Source: Patescibacteria group bacterium (GTDB lineage Bacteria; Patescibacteriota; Patescibacteriia; UBA10025; JAHIVO01). From it: a stretch of DNA of 64,000 bases. The notes under the pieces are model-generated. The model ran no database searches and was not told the origin of the DNA. It was given only the letters and a program-made list of their open reading frames with translations. Shown one piece after another: positions 37,550 to 47,026 of the stretch (positions within the stretch are counted from its first letter, which is position 1; each line of letters starts with the position of its first letter). Position numbers and translations under genes: made by a program. The stretch spans positions 193,776 to 257,775 of the forward strand of contig JAQULM010000002.1 of assembly GCA_028718605.1 (NCBI GenBank). Direction: 5' to 3'.

Positions 37550-37700
37550 GCTTTCTGTGGGAATACTTATAAATATATATTATATTCACCAATATTAGCC
37601 AAAATGAATTTTAAACTAAAAGCGCAATTATTACCCGAAAAACAGTTTATCCACACAAAAATAGCGCGGATAAATGCACTCCGCGGGAATGCCCGCAGTA

Positions 37701-38180
37701 CTATTTCCACGCTTCGAGGTATGCGCCTTGGCGATCAGCACGGATAATCCGTAAGCACCTGACAACACGCTTCCGCGACTCCATGCTCAGCAGCGGTAAA
37801 GCGCTTGCGGCATGAAAAAATGCCCACTCGGTTATTTCATTTCCGCGAAGCCGAATTTTTTTCACCTGCGGCTTCCTCAGTACGCCGCCATAAAAAATAA
37901 ACTGCAATGCCTCAGTTTTTACACCGCGAGCGCGCACATAATCCACGGCTACAAACTCTGGCTCCTTGATTGCCAGTCCGATTTCCTCCCGCACTTCGCG
38001 TATTGCGGCAGCTCGCGGCGGCTCATTCAAATCAACACCGCCGCCCGGGAGAGACCAGTGTCCTTTGTATGATGGTTTTACGAGCAGCACCTGGCCTCGA
38101 ACATTCAAAAAAATAACCCCCGAACCGATACGTTTACGCGGCAATCCCCGATAAAACTTGCTATCGCTCATTTTTTTCAT
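37701..38180 (-). CDS. Nudix hydrolase
   Basis: Nudix box GGGVDLNEPPRAAAIREVREEIGL. Confidence 0.9.
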   Translation of the reverse strand: MKKMSDSKFYRGLPRKRIGSGVIFLNVRGQVLLVKPSYKGHWSLPGGGVDLNEPPRAAAIREVREEIGLAIKEPEFVAVDYVRARGVKTEALQFIFYGGVLRKPQVKKIRLRGNEITEWAFFHAASALPLLSMESRKRVVRCLRIIRADRQGAYLEAWK

Positions 38181-39496
38181 TCGCGTGCTTCGTTCAGTAA
38201 ACCAACGATTACTTTTTTATCATCCCACGGTACCAGCTTCCCATCTCCAACCGCCATCTTTGTTTCCCCTCCCTTGCCAGTAATTAGAACTATGTCTCCC
38301 CGGTCAGCCAATGCCAACGCCCTACGAATCGCCTCTCCGCGATCGAGAATCCGCCAGCAATCCTGCCCCTCTGTTTTACCTGCCTCGATCGCGCCGGCAA
38401 AAACGCTACCAATAATCGCCTGCGGATCTTCATCGTACGGATCTTCATTCGTCACGATAACAGAGTCAGCATACCTGCCCGCAATACTGCCCAGTATCGG
38501 CCGCTTCGCCCGATCCCTACCGCCGCCCTGCGACCCGAGCACACCGATGATTTTCCGGGGAGTGAACGACCGAACGGTCTGGTACACCGCTTCGAGCGAA
38601 GCCGGCTCATGCGCGTAATCAACGAAAATGCGGATGCCACGCTTATTTTCAATTTCCTCCATTCTCCCTGGCAACGGACTGGCTGATTCTAATGTGCGTT
38701 TCATGGATTCAAGCGCAATGCCCTGCGACATGCCGACCGCGATGGCAGCGAGCGCGTTTGAAACATTAAATTCCCCGAGCAAACGCATGGCGATCGTCGT
38801 CCCGTTGATATCAAACGAAATGCCATCCGGCCTTAATGCAACCTCTGTGGCATGAAGGGTATGCGGAATCCCGGTTACCATTGATTTCAAACCGTACACC
38901 CACTTATCGTCAGCGGGTGGGGCCAGGAATCGCTCTGCCTCGGTATCATCAGAATTTGCTATAACAATCTTTTTCACATCATGGCCAGCGATGTGTTTCC
39001 GGCAGCTCCGATACAAACCAGAAAACAGCTTTAATTTTGCCGCACGGTACTTTTCATAGCTCCCGTGCGATTCAATGTGCTCGGGCGAAAGGTTTGTGAA
39101 CACGGCAACGTCATACGCGATGCCGAGATGTCGGTACTGGGCAATCCCCTCCGATGACGTTTCGACGACGGCGTACCGGCAGCCTGCCCGCACCATCTGC
39201 GAAAGCAACTGCTGCAGCCGGAACCTGCCCGGCATTGTCTGCTTGGTTTCGTTCAGCCATTCACGAGGCCCAATTTTATATTTGATTGTCGACACGAGCC
39301 CGACCGTTTGGCCGGCGCCTTCCAATATCTTCGCTGCGAGGTTCGCAACCGTGGACTTGCCCTTCGTGCCCGTTACGCCGATTACCACCATCCGGCATGA
39401 CGGATGGCCGAACAGAACAGCACCGAGCTTCGCGAGCGACCAGTGGTACCAGCGCAATGCAGGCTTGGGGACGAATTTTTTTATCAGTGATTTCAT
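38177..39496 (-). CDS. murE: MurE-family UDP-MurNAc-peptide ligase
   Basis: GVTGTKGKST, FTNLSPEHIE.HG, VDYAHEP, GGGRD..KR, LITGKG. Confidence 0.9.
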   Translation of the reverse strand: MKSLIKKFVPKPALRWYHWSLAKLGAVLFGHPSCRMVVIGVTGTKGKSTVANLAAKILEGAGQTVGLVSTIKYKIGPREWLNETKQTMPGRFRLQQLLSQMVRAGCRYAVVETSSEGIAQYRHLGIAYDVAVFTNLSPEHIESHGSYEKYRAAKLKLFSGLYRSCRKHIAGHDVKKIVIANSDDTEAERFLAPPADDKWVYGLKSMVTGIPHTLHATEVALRPDGISFDINGTTIAMRLLGEFNVSNALAAIAVGMSQGIALESMKRTLESASPLPGRMEEIENKRGIRIFVDYAHEPASLEAVYQTVRSFTPRKIIGVLGSQGGGRDRAKRPILGSIAGRYADSVIVTNEDPYDEDPQAIIGSVFAGAIEAGKTEGQDCWRILDRGEAIRRALALADRGDIVLITGKGGETKMAVGDGKLVPWDDKKVIVGLLNEARE

Positions 39497-39813
39497 GAAG
39501 CTCGCGGATTCCTTGTCTCGTCAACCAACCAACGCTCATACGATCTCAAAACGCGGCCAACAGGCAGTTCGACAATGCAAGGCACGTCATGGGAATGCTC
39601 GGTGTTAATCAACGCTTTGATCGTCCTAAAATACTTCTTCTGGGTTGCGATGAGGGTAACGATTCCCTTTGTTTGAACCATTTTTCCGCGCCACCAATAC
39701 ATGTCCTCCTGTTTAATAAAATTGACACAAGCGGCTAAATGCTTTTGCAGTATTACCTTTGATATTCTCCTGGCTTCTTTGATTGTCGGGTAATGGACGT
39801 AAACGTGGATCAT
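39493..39813 (-). CDS. cutA: Divalent-cation tolerance protein CutA
   Basis: LAACVN...YWW.G...HSHDVPCI. Confidence 0.85.
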   Translation of the reverse strand: MIHVYVHYPTIKEARRISKVILQKHLAACVNFIKQEDMYWWRGKMVQTKGIVTLIATQKKYFRTIKALINTEHSHDVPCIVELPVGRVLRSYERWLVDETRNPRAS

Positions 39814-39931
39814 AGTAAATCGTTTGGGTTAGGGTTGGCGCAGCTCGTATCGTTGAAGGGTGTAGCTGGCGGCTTAATAACACCGTAACCCCAAACTTTA
39901 ACGATACGGGCGGCGATACCACCACCGCCAC

Positions 39932-40324
39932 CTATTCCGCCCTGATCAAATTCCCTTCCGGATCCAGCTCGACGAAATGGTGGACGCTTCCTGCGCGATA
40001 GAGCACGCACTGGTTTGCCGGATCTTCGTCGACTGCTTGCCGTGGATTGTGCGCAATATCTGCAGCCCAATCGGGGATAACGGTGTTTGACAGGCACGGA
40101 CCCTGCGACAGGTCCGTCTCTATCTGAAACTGGATGCGCCACAGTTCTTTCGCCTTCGCGATCGCCAGGTCCTTGTCCGCCTTTTCCTTGATCTTAATGT
40201 CGGCGGTTCCGGTCGCAATATCAAGTGCCGAATAACCGTTCGTGTTCGATGACTTTTTCGCGCATGCGGTGACCACGAACGCAACCACGGCAATGCACAC
40301 GATAATGAGTATTTTTTTTACCAT
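39932..40324 (-). CDS. Putative lipoprotein (130 aa)
   Basis: MVKK + hydrophobic core + lipobox VTAC; Cys pair (GPCLSN...NQC). Confidence 0.8.
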   Translation of the reverse strand: MVKKILIIVCIAVVAFVVTACAKKSSNTNGYSALDIATGTADIKIKEKADKDLAIAKAKELWRIQFQIETDLSQGPCLSNTVIPDWAADIAHNPRQAVDEDPANQCVLYRAGSVHHFVELDPEGNLIRAE

Positions 40325-40399
40325 ATAATTAGGCTCCTTGTATCGCTATTATAATGCCTCTGCAATATTAAAACAAACCAAAAACCGCCGCCTCCATTC

Positions 40400-40483
40400 T
40401 ATCATTCTGAGGCTCGGTATCATCAAGGCCAGAGAATCCCCCGACCAAAGGTCGGGAGACGCTTCGCTTCACTCAGCGTGACA
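40400..40483. repeat. REP-like palindromic element with nested mini-hairpin
   Basis: TCATTCTGAG...GAGAATC-[CCCGACCAAAGGTCGGG]-AGACGCTTCGCTTCACTCAGCGTGACA; related CTTCGGCTTCGCTCAGGGCA at ~43010. Confidence 0.55.
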
Positions 40484-40529
40484 ATCGTAGAGCAGCACGA
40501 ATCTGCTCCTGCTACTAATAACTAACGTC

Positions 40530-41681
40530 CTACTTCTTCAGTACGCCTACCTTATCCAGCTTCTCCCACGGCACGTCAATATCAGTCCGGCCAAAATGCC
40601 CATACGCCGCCGTCTGCTCGTAGATGGGGCGCTCGAGGTCGAGCTCGCGGATGATGTCAGCCGGCTTGACCGGGAAGTGCTGCTCAACAAGCTTCTCAAT
40701 CTCATCGTCCGGTTTCGTACCGGTACCGTAGGTATCGATAAAAATCGAAACAGGTTTGGCAACGCCGATTGAATACGCGAGCTGCACCAAACACTTCGTC
40801 GCCAGCCCCGCAGCTACAATGTTTTTCGCAATATACCGGGCTGCATAGGCAGCGCTCCGGTCTACTTTAGTCACGCACTTGCCGGAAAAACAGCCGCCGC
40901 CGTGGGGGGCGCTGCCGCCGTACGTATCAACGATAATCTTGCGGCCGGTAAGCCCGGTGTCTGCCGGGGGGCCGCCAAGCACAAACTTGCCGGTAGAATT
41001 GATGAACAATTGCGTGTCCCGCGTCATCCACTTCCCCAACACTGGCTCAATGACGTGCTTCTTGATATCAGCTCGCAATGTTCCCATTTTTACCGAATCC
41101 GAATGATGTGCCGCGATGACCACCGTCGTCACCCGCTCCGGTTTGCCGTCTACGTACTCGACGCTTACCTGCGACTTACCGTCCGGCCGCAAGTAGGTAA
41201 GTGTTTTATTCTTGCGGACTTCCGCAAGTTTCCTGGCAAGCTGGTGCGCGAGTGATATGGGGAGCGGCATCAGCTCCGGCGTCTCGTCGCACGCGAAACC
41301 GAACATCATGCCCTGGTCACCCGCTCCCTGCTCCTTAAATTCTCCCGTGCCATCAACGCCCTGGGCAATATCCGGAGACTGCTCGTGGAGCGTGCTAATG
41401 ACGCCAATGTCCTTATAGCAGAAACCGAACTCCGGATCATCATACCCGATGCGCTTCAGTGTCCGGCGGACGATTTCCTGGATATCAACGTACGCTTCTG
41501 TCCGTGCTTCGCCGCCAACCATAACAAGGCCGGTCGTGGCAAAGCACTCGATACCTGCGTGTGTCTTTGGATCCTGCCTCAGCATCTCGTCATAAATCGC
41601 ATCCGACAGCTGATCGCACACCTTGTCCGGGTGCCCTTCGGTCACGGACTCCGACGTGAATATTTTCTTCTGGCTTTTCAT
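40530..41681 (-). CDS. metK: S-adenosylmethionine synthetase
   Basis: [41 protein letters not shown]. Confidence 0.99.
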   Translation of the reverse strand: MKSQKKIFTSESVTEGHPDKVCDQLSDAIYDEMLRQDPKTHAGIECFATTGLVMVGGEARTEAYVDIQEIVRRTLKRIGYDDPEFGFCYKDIGVISTLHEQSPDIAQGVDGTGEFKEQGAGDQGMMFGFACDETPELMPLPISLAHQLARKLAEVRKNKTLTYLRPDGKSQVSVEYVDGKPERVTTVVIAAHHSDSVKMGTLRADIKKHVIEPVLGKWMTRDTQLFINSTGKFVLGGPPADTGLTGRKIIVDTYGGSAPHGGGCFSGKCVTKVDRSAAYAARYIAKNIVAAGLATKCLVQLAYSIGVAKPVSIFIDTYGTGTKPDDEIEKLVEQHFPVKPADIIRELDLERPIYEQTAAYGHFGRTDIDVPWEKLDKVGVLKK

Positions 41682-41708
41682 ATGATTGAATTGATTGTAT
41701 TAATTAAA

Positions 41709-41737
41709 TAAAAAATCTCTTCGTAGATAAGAGATTG
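41709..41737 (-). terminator. Expression-platform terminator of the SAM-I riboswitch
   Basis: AATCTCTT-atctacg-AAGAGATT-TTTT; its CTCTTATC can instead pair with the aptamer 3' GATAAGAG (antiterminator). Confidence 0.85.
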
Positions 41738-41754
41738 GTTCACAGAGTATGACT

Positions 41755-41868
41755 CTTATCTGTCCTCATCGAACGACGAGGCTGGATGTGGCACCTTGCG
41801 CATGTCTTGAACAAACGCAGGTTGTCGGAGCGTTATCGGGCCAGAACCCTCGGCTCACTCTTGATAAT
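41755..41868 (-). ncRNA. SAM-I (S-box) riboswitch aptamer
   Basis: TTATCAAGAG..GAGGG..TGGCCCGA...CAACC...AAGGTGCCA.ATCCAGC...GATAAG upstream of metK; promoter TTGACT-17-TATAGT at ~41896-41924. Confidence 0.92.
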
Positions 41869-41983
41869 TGGTTTTCGGTTGTAAATGATAGGGACACTAT
41901 AGCAAACAGTGTCGCGGCAGTCAATGCCAGCTTGACAGGACCCCCAGACGGTATACAATGGTGTTTCCATAATCAGCCACCCT

Positions 41984-42835
41984 ATGCTCGATAATAACCT
42001 GCAATACCTGATCAAGCTGTCAGAGGAAATTAAAAACAGCAGCCGCAACCAGCGGCTCGCGAAGACGTTAATATTCATTTTCCTGACATCGCTCATCGCA
42101 TCACTGCTGTTCTACGGGCTGAATGCGATCGACCAACAGTTCGTGCACAAAATCACTGAGTACGTCCCGGAGGCATTTCTGTACCTCGAACTGCTTATCC
42201 TTTCGGTATTCGCCAGCCTCGGTTGTATCAAAATATATGAATGGATGCGATCGTTCGAACGGTTTGGGAAATATTCCTGGGATTCCCAAACAGTCTTGCA
42301 TGACTGGCGATTCCAGGGCATTCTCCGCAGTGACCAGGCGCGGAAAGCGCTCGTGCTGACCGACTCTGACGCCGGATGCATTCTGCACCGCAGAAGTTGG
42401 AAAAACTTCACATTCAAATTCTCATTCCTCATCGGCAACGAACACGGATTCGGCGTTGTATTCCGGGCACAGGACCTTGAAAACTACCTCATGTTCAAGG
42501 TAAACCCGGGCCAACCGATAAGCTTCCACTACCGCGACAGCGGGAGCTGGCAAATACTGAAAGGAAGTGGCCCTGCCGTTACCCTGCCGATCGGGAAATG
42601 GGTCGAGGGATCGCTCGAAGTGCGCGAACAACAGGCGAAACTCGAACTCAATGGAACTACGATTGACTATGTGCTCCCGAACTTCGCAATACTGAACTAC
42701 GTCGTTTCCAAAGACCAACAAAGGGTAGAAAACCCACTCGTCATCCCTATCACGCACAACCGCGGTTCTGTCGGCTTTCGTGCGTTCGGGGACGAAGAGC
42801 TGCACTTCAAGGATGTCACCGTCGAGCGGCTATAA
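41984..42835 (+). CDS. Membrane protein, 2 TM + ConA-like (DUF1080-like) beta-sandwich
   Basis: Two hydrophobic helices, then NFTFKFSF..GFGVVFRAQD.ENY...RGSVGFR...FKDVTVE; TTGACA..TACAAT promoter upstream. Confidence 0.75.
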   Translation: MLDNNLQYLIKLSEEIKNSSRNQRLAKTLIFIFLTSLIASLLFYGLNAIDQQFVHKITEYVPEAFLYLELLILSVFASLGCIKIYEWMRSFERFGKYSWDSQTVLHDWRFQGILRSDQARKALVLTDSDAGCILHRRSWKNFTFKFSFLIGNEHGFGVVFRAQDLENYLMFKVNPGQPISFHYRDSGSWQILKGSGPAVTLPIGKWVEGSLEVREQQAKLELNGTTIDYVLPNFAILNYVVSKDQQRVENPLVIPITHNRGSVGFRAFGDEELHFKDVTVERL

Positions 42836-43135
42836 ATTTATACTGCCAATTTCTGCCGCGAATAGATTTATTCAAGTTCTTTGGGGTAGGCCAAGCATTC
42901 AATTCAGACAGCACCAAGGTTTATTAAAACTTGGGTCCGGGGTGTCATTAAGCCCCTCCAATAAGCAGTATGATAATTCGAGCAAGCGCATTGACGCCCC
43001 GGCGCCTCCCTTCGGCTTCGCTCAGGGCATGCTTTTCTGCTACTTGTATAGTAATATCGAACATCTTTTCTTGCTTGCCCGCCACTGGCGGGGCGCTAAG
43101 AAAAGCGGCTAAATAATTTCATTCATTAACTCCTT

Positions 43136-43277
43136 ATAATAAAAAAGCCCGCACCCATCTGGTAGCTACGCATTCGTAACTCTCACATGGCGGTGCGGGC
43201 TTTATCGCACAACCCTCCCCTGCAGTGAGAAGGATTGGGATCCTCGCAAACAGTTGCTTGTTCGGATCACGAGGTAA
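43136..43277 (-). ncRNA. Candidate ~135-nt small RNA or leader with three hairpins
   Basis: Promoter TTGATT-17-TATACT (~43277-43305), two stems, then AAAGCCCGCACC/GGTGCGGGCTTT + T-run; no ORF. Confidence 0.4.
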
Positions 43278-43310
43278 GTATAGCACGATTTCCCTTTAAA
43301 ATCAATACGA

Positions 43311-43342
43311 AAGGGTTCAGGCAAGATCGATCCTGAACCCTT
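43311..43342 (-). terminator. Hairpin downstream of pckA
   Basis: AAGGGTTCAGG / CCTGAACCCTT inverted repeat. Confidence 0.6.
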
Positions 43343-43617
43343 GTTCGATGTCCATCACTCCCAACCGAGCGTCCGAGCTATGGCTACCGCGAGGCAACCT
43401 TGGTCGGTCTCCTGTCCCAGTCTGAGAATTGTTCCAAGTGCGATTTTGGGGCTCCCTGAAGATTGAATAATGCACCGAATTACTTCTTCCAGGGTATCAA
43501 TTGTACCCTCTCGACTTCGCGCCAAACGAGTCCTCCTTTCGTTTTCGAATACGACAAACACGTTCGGATATATAGTGCATATCCTACCGGAATGTTCTCG
43601 GGAATGCAACTACGTAT

Positions 43618-45201
43618 TTACTGCGGTCCTGCGTCACGAACTGACGCCGGTGTATCCGGGAATTTCTTCAAAAAGTTTTCGCGGAACTTCAAAGCGAGAT
43701 CCCGCGCTTGCTTCTCGTACGCGCCCTTATCGGCCCACGTGCTCACCGGATCAAGTATCGCTGCGGGAACGTCCGGACATGACGCTGGCATGATCAGGTT
43801 GAATATCGGGTGCTCCCGGTACTGCACGCGATCCAGCTCGCCGTTCAGCGCCGCGGTAACCATGGCACGCGTCAGGGCAATGTCGATCCGCTTGCCGACG
43901 CCATACGGCCCGCCCGACCAACCAGTATTGATAAGAAATATATTCGTACGGTACTCCGTCGTATAGTCCCGCAGGAGGTTCGCGTACACCATCGGCTTTA
44001 CCGGCATGAACGGCTCGCCGAAGAATGACGAAAAAGTAACTTTCGGCTCAATGATTCCCCGCTCAGTGCCCGCGAGCTTGGCAGTGTAGCCGGACATGAA
44101 ATGGTACATCGCCTGTTCGTGCGTGAGACGAGCAATCGGGGGCAGCACGCCGAACGCATCGGCAGTCAGGAAAATAATGGTTTTCGGGTGCCCGCCCATT
44201 CCCGAAAGCTCGGCGTTCGGGATGCTCGTTAAGGGGTATGCGACGCGCGTGTTTTCGGTAATCGACTTGTCGGTATAATCATACTCTTTACTCTGAGGAT
44301 TCATCACAACGTTCTCAACAACAGCGCCATGTCGTACCGCATCGTAAATCTGCGGCTCTTTTTCGCGGGATAAATTAATGCATTTTGCATAACAGCCTGC
44401 CTCGAAATTAAAAACGCCGTTCTCGGACCACCCGTGTTCATCATCACCGATCAAGCGCCGGTTCGGGTCAGCGGACAGTGATGTTTTTCCCGTGCCGGAA
44501 AGGCCGAAAAATAACGCGGTATCGCCGGATGGGCCGATATTCGCGGAGCAGTGCATCGGGAATACGCCGTGCTGCGGGAGGAGGTAATTCATGATTGAAA
44601 AAACAGATTTCTTGATTTCACCGCCGTATTTCGTCGCGCCAATCAGCACCATCCGCTTTTCAAAGCTAATCACGATGAATGCCTCCGAACGTACGCCATC
44701 CACGGCAGGATCCGCAAGGCACCCAGGCGCAGACAGAATCGTAAAGCCGGGTACATACGCAGCCAGTTGCTGAATATCCGGATGCCGGAGGAGATGTGAT
44801 ATAAGCAGGTTTTGTGATGCGAATTCATTGACCACGCGGACGTTCAGGGCATGGCGCGGATCAGCACCGGCGATGCCGTCAAAAATATACAACTCCGGAC
44901 AGCGCGACAGGTAATCCGTGATTTTCGTGTACAGCTTTTCAAAAACACCCGTCGGCAGAGGTACATTAATTTTGCCCCAGTGAATTTGGTCGTGCACCGA
45001 TGGCTCGTCAACGATGTACCGGTCGTCCGGCGAACGCCCCGTATACTTTCCTGTCGTGACGGTGAGCGCTCCCGACGCGCTGATCACGCCCTCACCCTTT
45101 TTCACCGCGCGATCAACGAGATCGTCGACCGGGAGGTTCCGATGCACTTCGCCATGCGGCGTAATGCCAATTTTCCCAAGCCCAAAATCATTCATTGCCA
45201 T
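43618..45201 (-). CDS. pckA: Phosphoenolpyruvate carboxykinase (ATP)
   Basis: TGRSP.D, YGGEIKKS, MHCSAN, FFGLSGTGKT, LIGDDEHGW; start revised to MAMNDF. Confidence 0.97.
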   Translation of the reverse strand: MAMNDFGLGKIGITPHGEVHRNLPVDDLVDRAVKKGEGVISASGALTVTTGKYTGRSPDDRYIVDEPSVHDQIHWGKINVPLPTGVFEKLYTKITDYLSRCPELYIFDGIAGADPRHALNVRVVNEFASQNLLISHLLRHPDIQQLAAYVPGFTILSAPGCLADPAVDGVRSEAFIVISFEKRMVLIGATKYGGEIKKSVFSIMNYLLPQHGVFPMHCSANIGPSGDTALFFGLSGTGKTSLSADPNRRLIGDDEHGWSENGVFNFEAGCYAKCINLSREKEPQIYDAVRHGAVVENVVMNPQSKEYDYTDKSITENTRVAYPLTSIPNAELSGMGGHPKTIIFLTADAFGVLPPIARLTHEQAMYHFMSGYTAKLAGTERGIIEPKVTFSSFFGEPFMPVKPMVYANLLRDYTTEYRTNIFLINTGWSGGPYGVGKRIDIALTRAMVTAALNGELDRVQYREHPIFNLIMPASCPDVPAAILDPVSTWADKGAYEKQARDLALKFRENFLKKFPDTPASVRDAGPQ

Positions 45202-45308
45202 ATTTTCTTTTTTAATAGTGAATGTTCGCGTTTTCGTTAATAAATATTGTGAACCGAAAAAAAACAAAACCGCCTAACGATACAAGCTGCGCAAACGCCA
45301 ATACAACC

Positions 45309-46607
45309 CTACCCTTTCGCCATCTCCTTGCACGCTGCGAATATATTATCAAAAATGCGCTGGAGTTTTTCGCGCGCAACGGAGGAATAGGCGATACGCA
45401 ATAGGTTGCCGATCGCGATGACGCCGGTGCTGTGCTTCTCGATCAGGCGTTTCCGCACGTTCTCGGCATTCAGGCGGTCCGTCAGTTGGACGCACATGAA
45501 ATAGCCGGAATTATACGGCAATGGCTTGAAATACTCTATGTACTCAGGATGATGCTCCACGATCTTTTTAATCTCCTGGTACCGGCTGTAGAGTGCCGCG
45601 CGCTTTTCAGCCTTTTCCTGCCCATAGGTGGGGGATGAAAATGCGTTCAGCAGCAAGCCCTGTGATATATTCGGAGCATTCGATATCGTTGCCCGGACTG
45701 CACCGGCTGCCTTGTCCTCCAGCGCGCCGTAGAGCTCTTTGGCGCCGCCTTTGCATCCGAACGTCACGAAGCCGACACGGAACCCCCACACGTAATCCTC
45801 CTTGGTACAGCCGTCTGCCTTGACCGCAAGCAGCTGCTCGCTCGCTTCCGCCAGCTTCCCGAAAAGCGACTCGGCGTAAACGCCATCTTCAAAAACGAGC
45901 CCAAAGTACGCATCATCGCATACGACGACCAACGGATGGTGGACGGCGTGCAGCGTGAGTGTTTCGATGATCTGGTTCGCTTCGGCAGTTGTCGGCGAAT
46001 ACCCGGTCGGATTGTTCGGAAAATTCAGCACGACAACCGTCGGCGCAGCGCTGTGCTGTAATGTTTCCCGCAAGCCCTCAATGTTAAACCGTCCATCGTG
46101 GAACAGCGGGAAGGTAACGATCTCAGCGCCGTACGAAACCCCGAACGTCAACTTGTAATTGCCCCAAAACGGCTCAGGGATGACAACGCGTATGCCCGGC
46201 TCCATGAATAAATACCCGACAATGCTCAATCCATGCGTCAGGGCTGACGTAACAATGGGAATACTGGTTTCAGAAACGATCGACGGATTTTTCTGGCGTA
46301 CCTGCGCCTGCCATAATTCACGGAGTTTTTTATTGCCGAAGCTCGGCGCGTACGGGAATGCAGAATCCTTACCGATCGTGAGCTGCTTGGAAATTGAATC
46401 GAGCGCCATGATCGAACCGTCATCCTCGCACGCCATGCCGATCGTCGCATTCAGCTCCGCGCCTTTCGCCTCCGCAGTCTGGCCGAGTATCCCCTCGTGC
46501 GGAAAATACACAAGCCGTCCGCGTTCTGATAGCATGCCAAAAATGGCTCGATTCCAATTCGAGATAACAGCATTGAGGCGTTCTGCTGGTGGGGTCGGTA
46601 TACCCAT
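45309..46607 (-). CDS. PLP-dependent class I/II aminotransferase (aspartate-AT-like)
   Basis: NFPNNPTGY, DDAY, TKEDYVWGFRVG (PLP lysine). Confidence 0.9.
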   Translation of the reverse strand: MGIPTPPAERLNAVISNWNRAIFGMLSERGRLVYFPHEGILGQTAEAKGAELNATIGMACEDDGSIMALDSISKQLTIGKDSAFPYAPSFGNKKLRELWQAQVRQKNPSIVSETSIPIVTSALTHGLSIVGYLFMEPGIRVVIPEPFWGNYKLTFGVSYGAEIVTFPLFHDGRFNIEGLRETLQHSAAPTVVVLNFPNNPTGYSPTTAEANQIIETLTLHAVHHPLVVVCDDAYFGLVFEDGVYAESLFGKLAEASEQLLAVKADGCTKEDYVWGFRVGFVTFGCKGGAKELYGALEDKAAGAVRATISNAPNISQGLLLNAFSSPTYGQEKAEKRAALYSRYQEIKKIVEHHPEYIEYFKPLPYNSGYFMCVQLTDRLNAENVRKRLIEKHSTGVIAIGNLLRIAYSSVAREKLQRIFDNIFAACKEMAKG

Positions 46608-46720
46608 GCTTTTTTCCGCAAATAGTAAACCTATTCCAAATGCAAAAAACAGCCTTGTAACTTCAGTCTATCGTTATGGCAGGAAAAAATCAAGGCACTG
46701 TCCAACTCAATTGTTCGCTC

Positions 46721-46955
46721 AAGCTCATTTGCCCTCGACCCCACTCCGCAAACTTCGTTTGCTGCGCGGGGCAGGCAGGAATCGGTCACCAGTCGCGCTT
46801 CGCGCGCTCGCGACCCCGCCCCCGCCTGCCGAAGGCCCGTCCGGCGGGCAGGTCGCATCACCTTCGGTGACATGCTCCGGCTTTCGATTCCCGACAAAAG
46901 CAAAACTGTTTGCTTTCTTCTCGGTCAAATTCTCTAAAGCTCATCTGCCCTCGAC
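46721..46955. repeat. Duplicated tRNA 3' end enclosing nested palindromes
   Basis: AAGCTCAT(T/C)TGCCCTCGAC at 46721-46739 and 46937-46955 (18/19 identical). Confidence 0.7.
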
Positions 46956-47017
46956 AGGAATCGAACCTGTATTTCCGGCTCCGGAGGCTGGCGTCCTATC
47001 CATTGAACGACGAGGGC
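46946..47017 (-). tRNA. tRNA-Arg (CCG)
   Basis: GCCCTCG acceptor stem, D arm GTTC-AATGGATA-GGAC, anticodon loop CT-CCG-GA, T loop GGTTCGATTCC; CCA not encoded. Confidence 0.93.
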
Positions 47018-47026
47018 AAGGCAACC

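Noticed and set aside
43355-43609. 84-aa ORF after pckA
   Set aside because: TTG start, no SD and no recognisable motif; could be real but is unsupported
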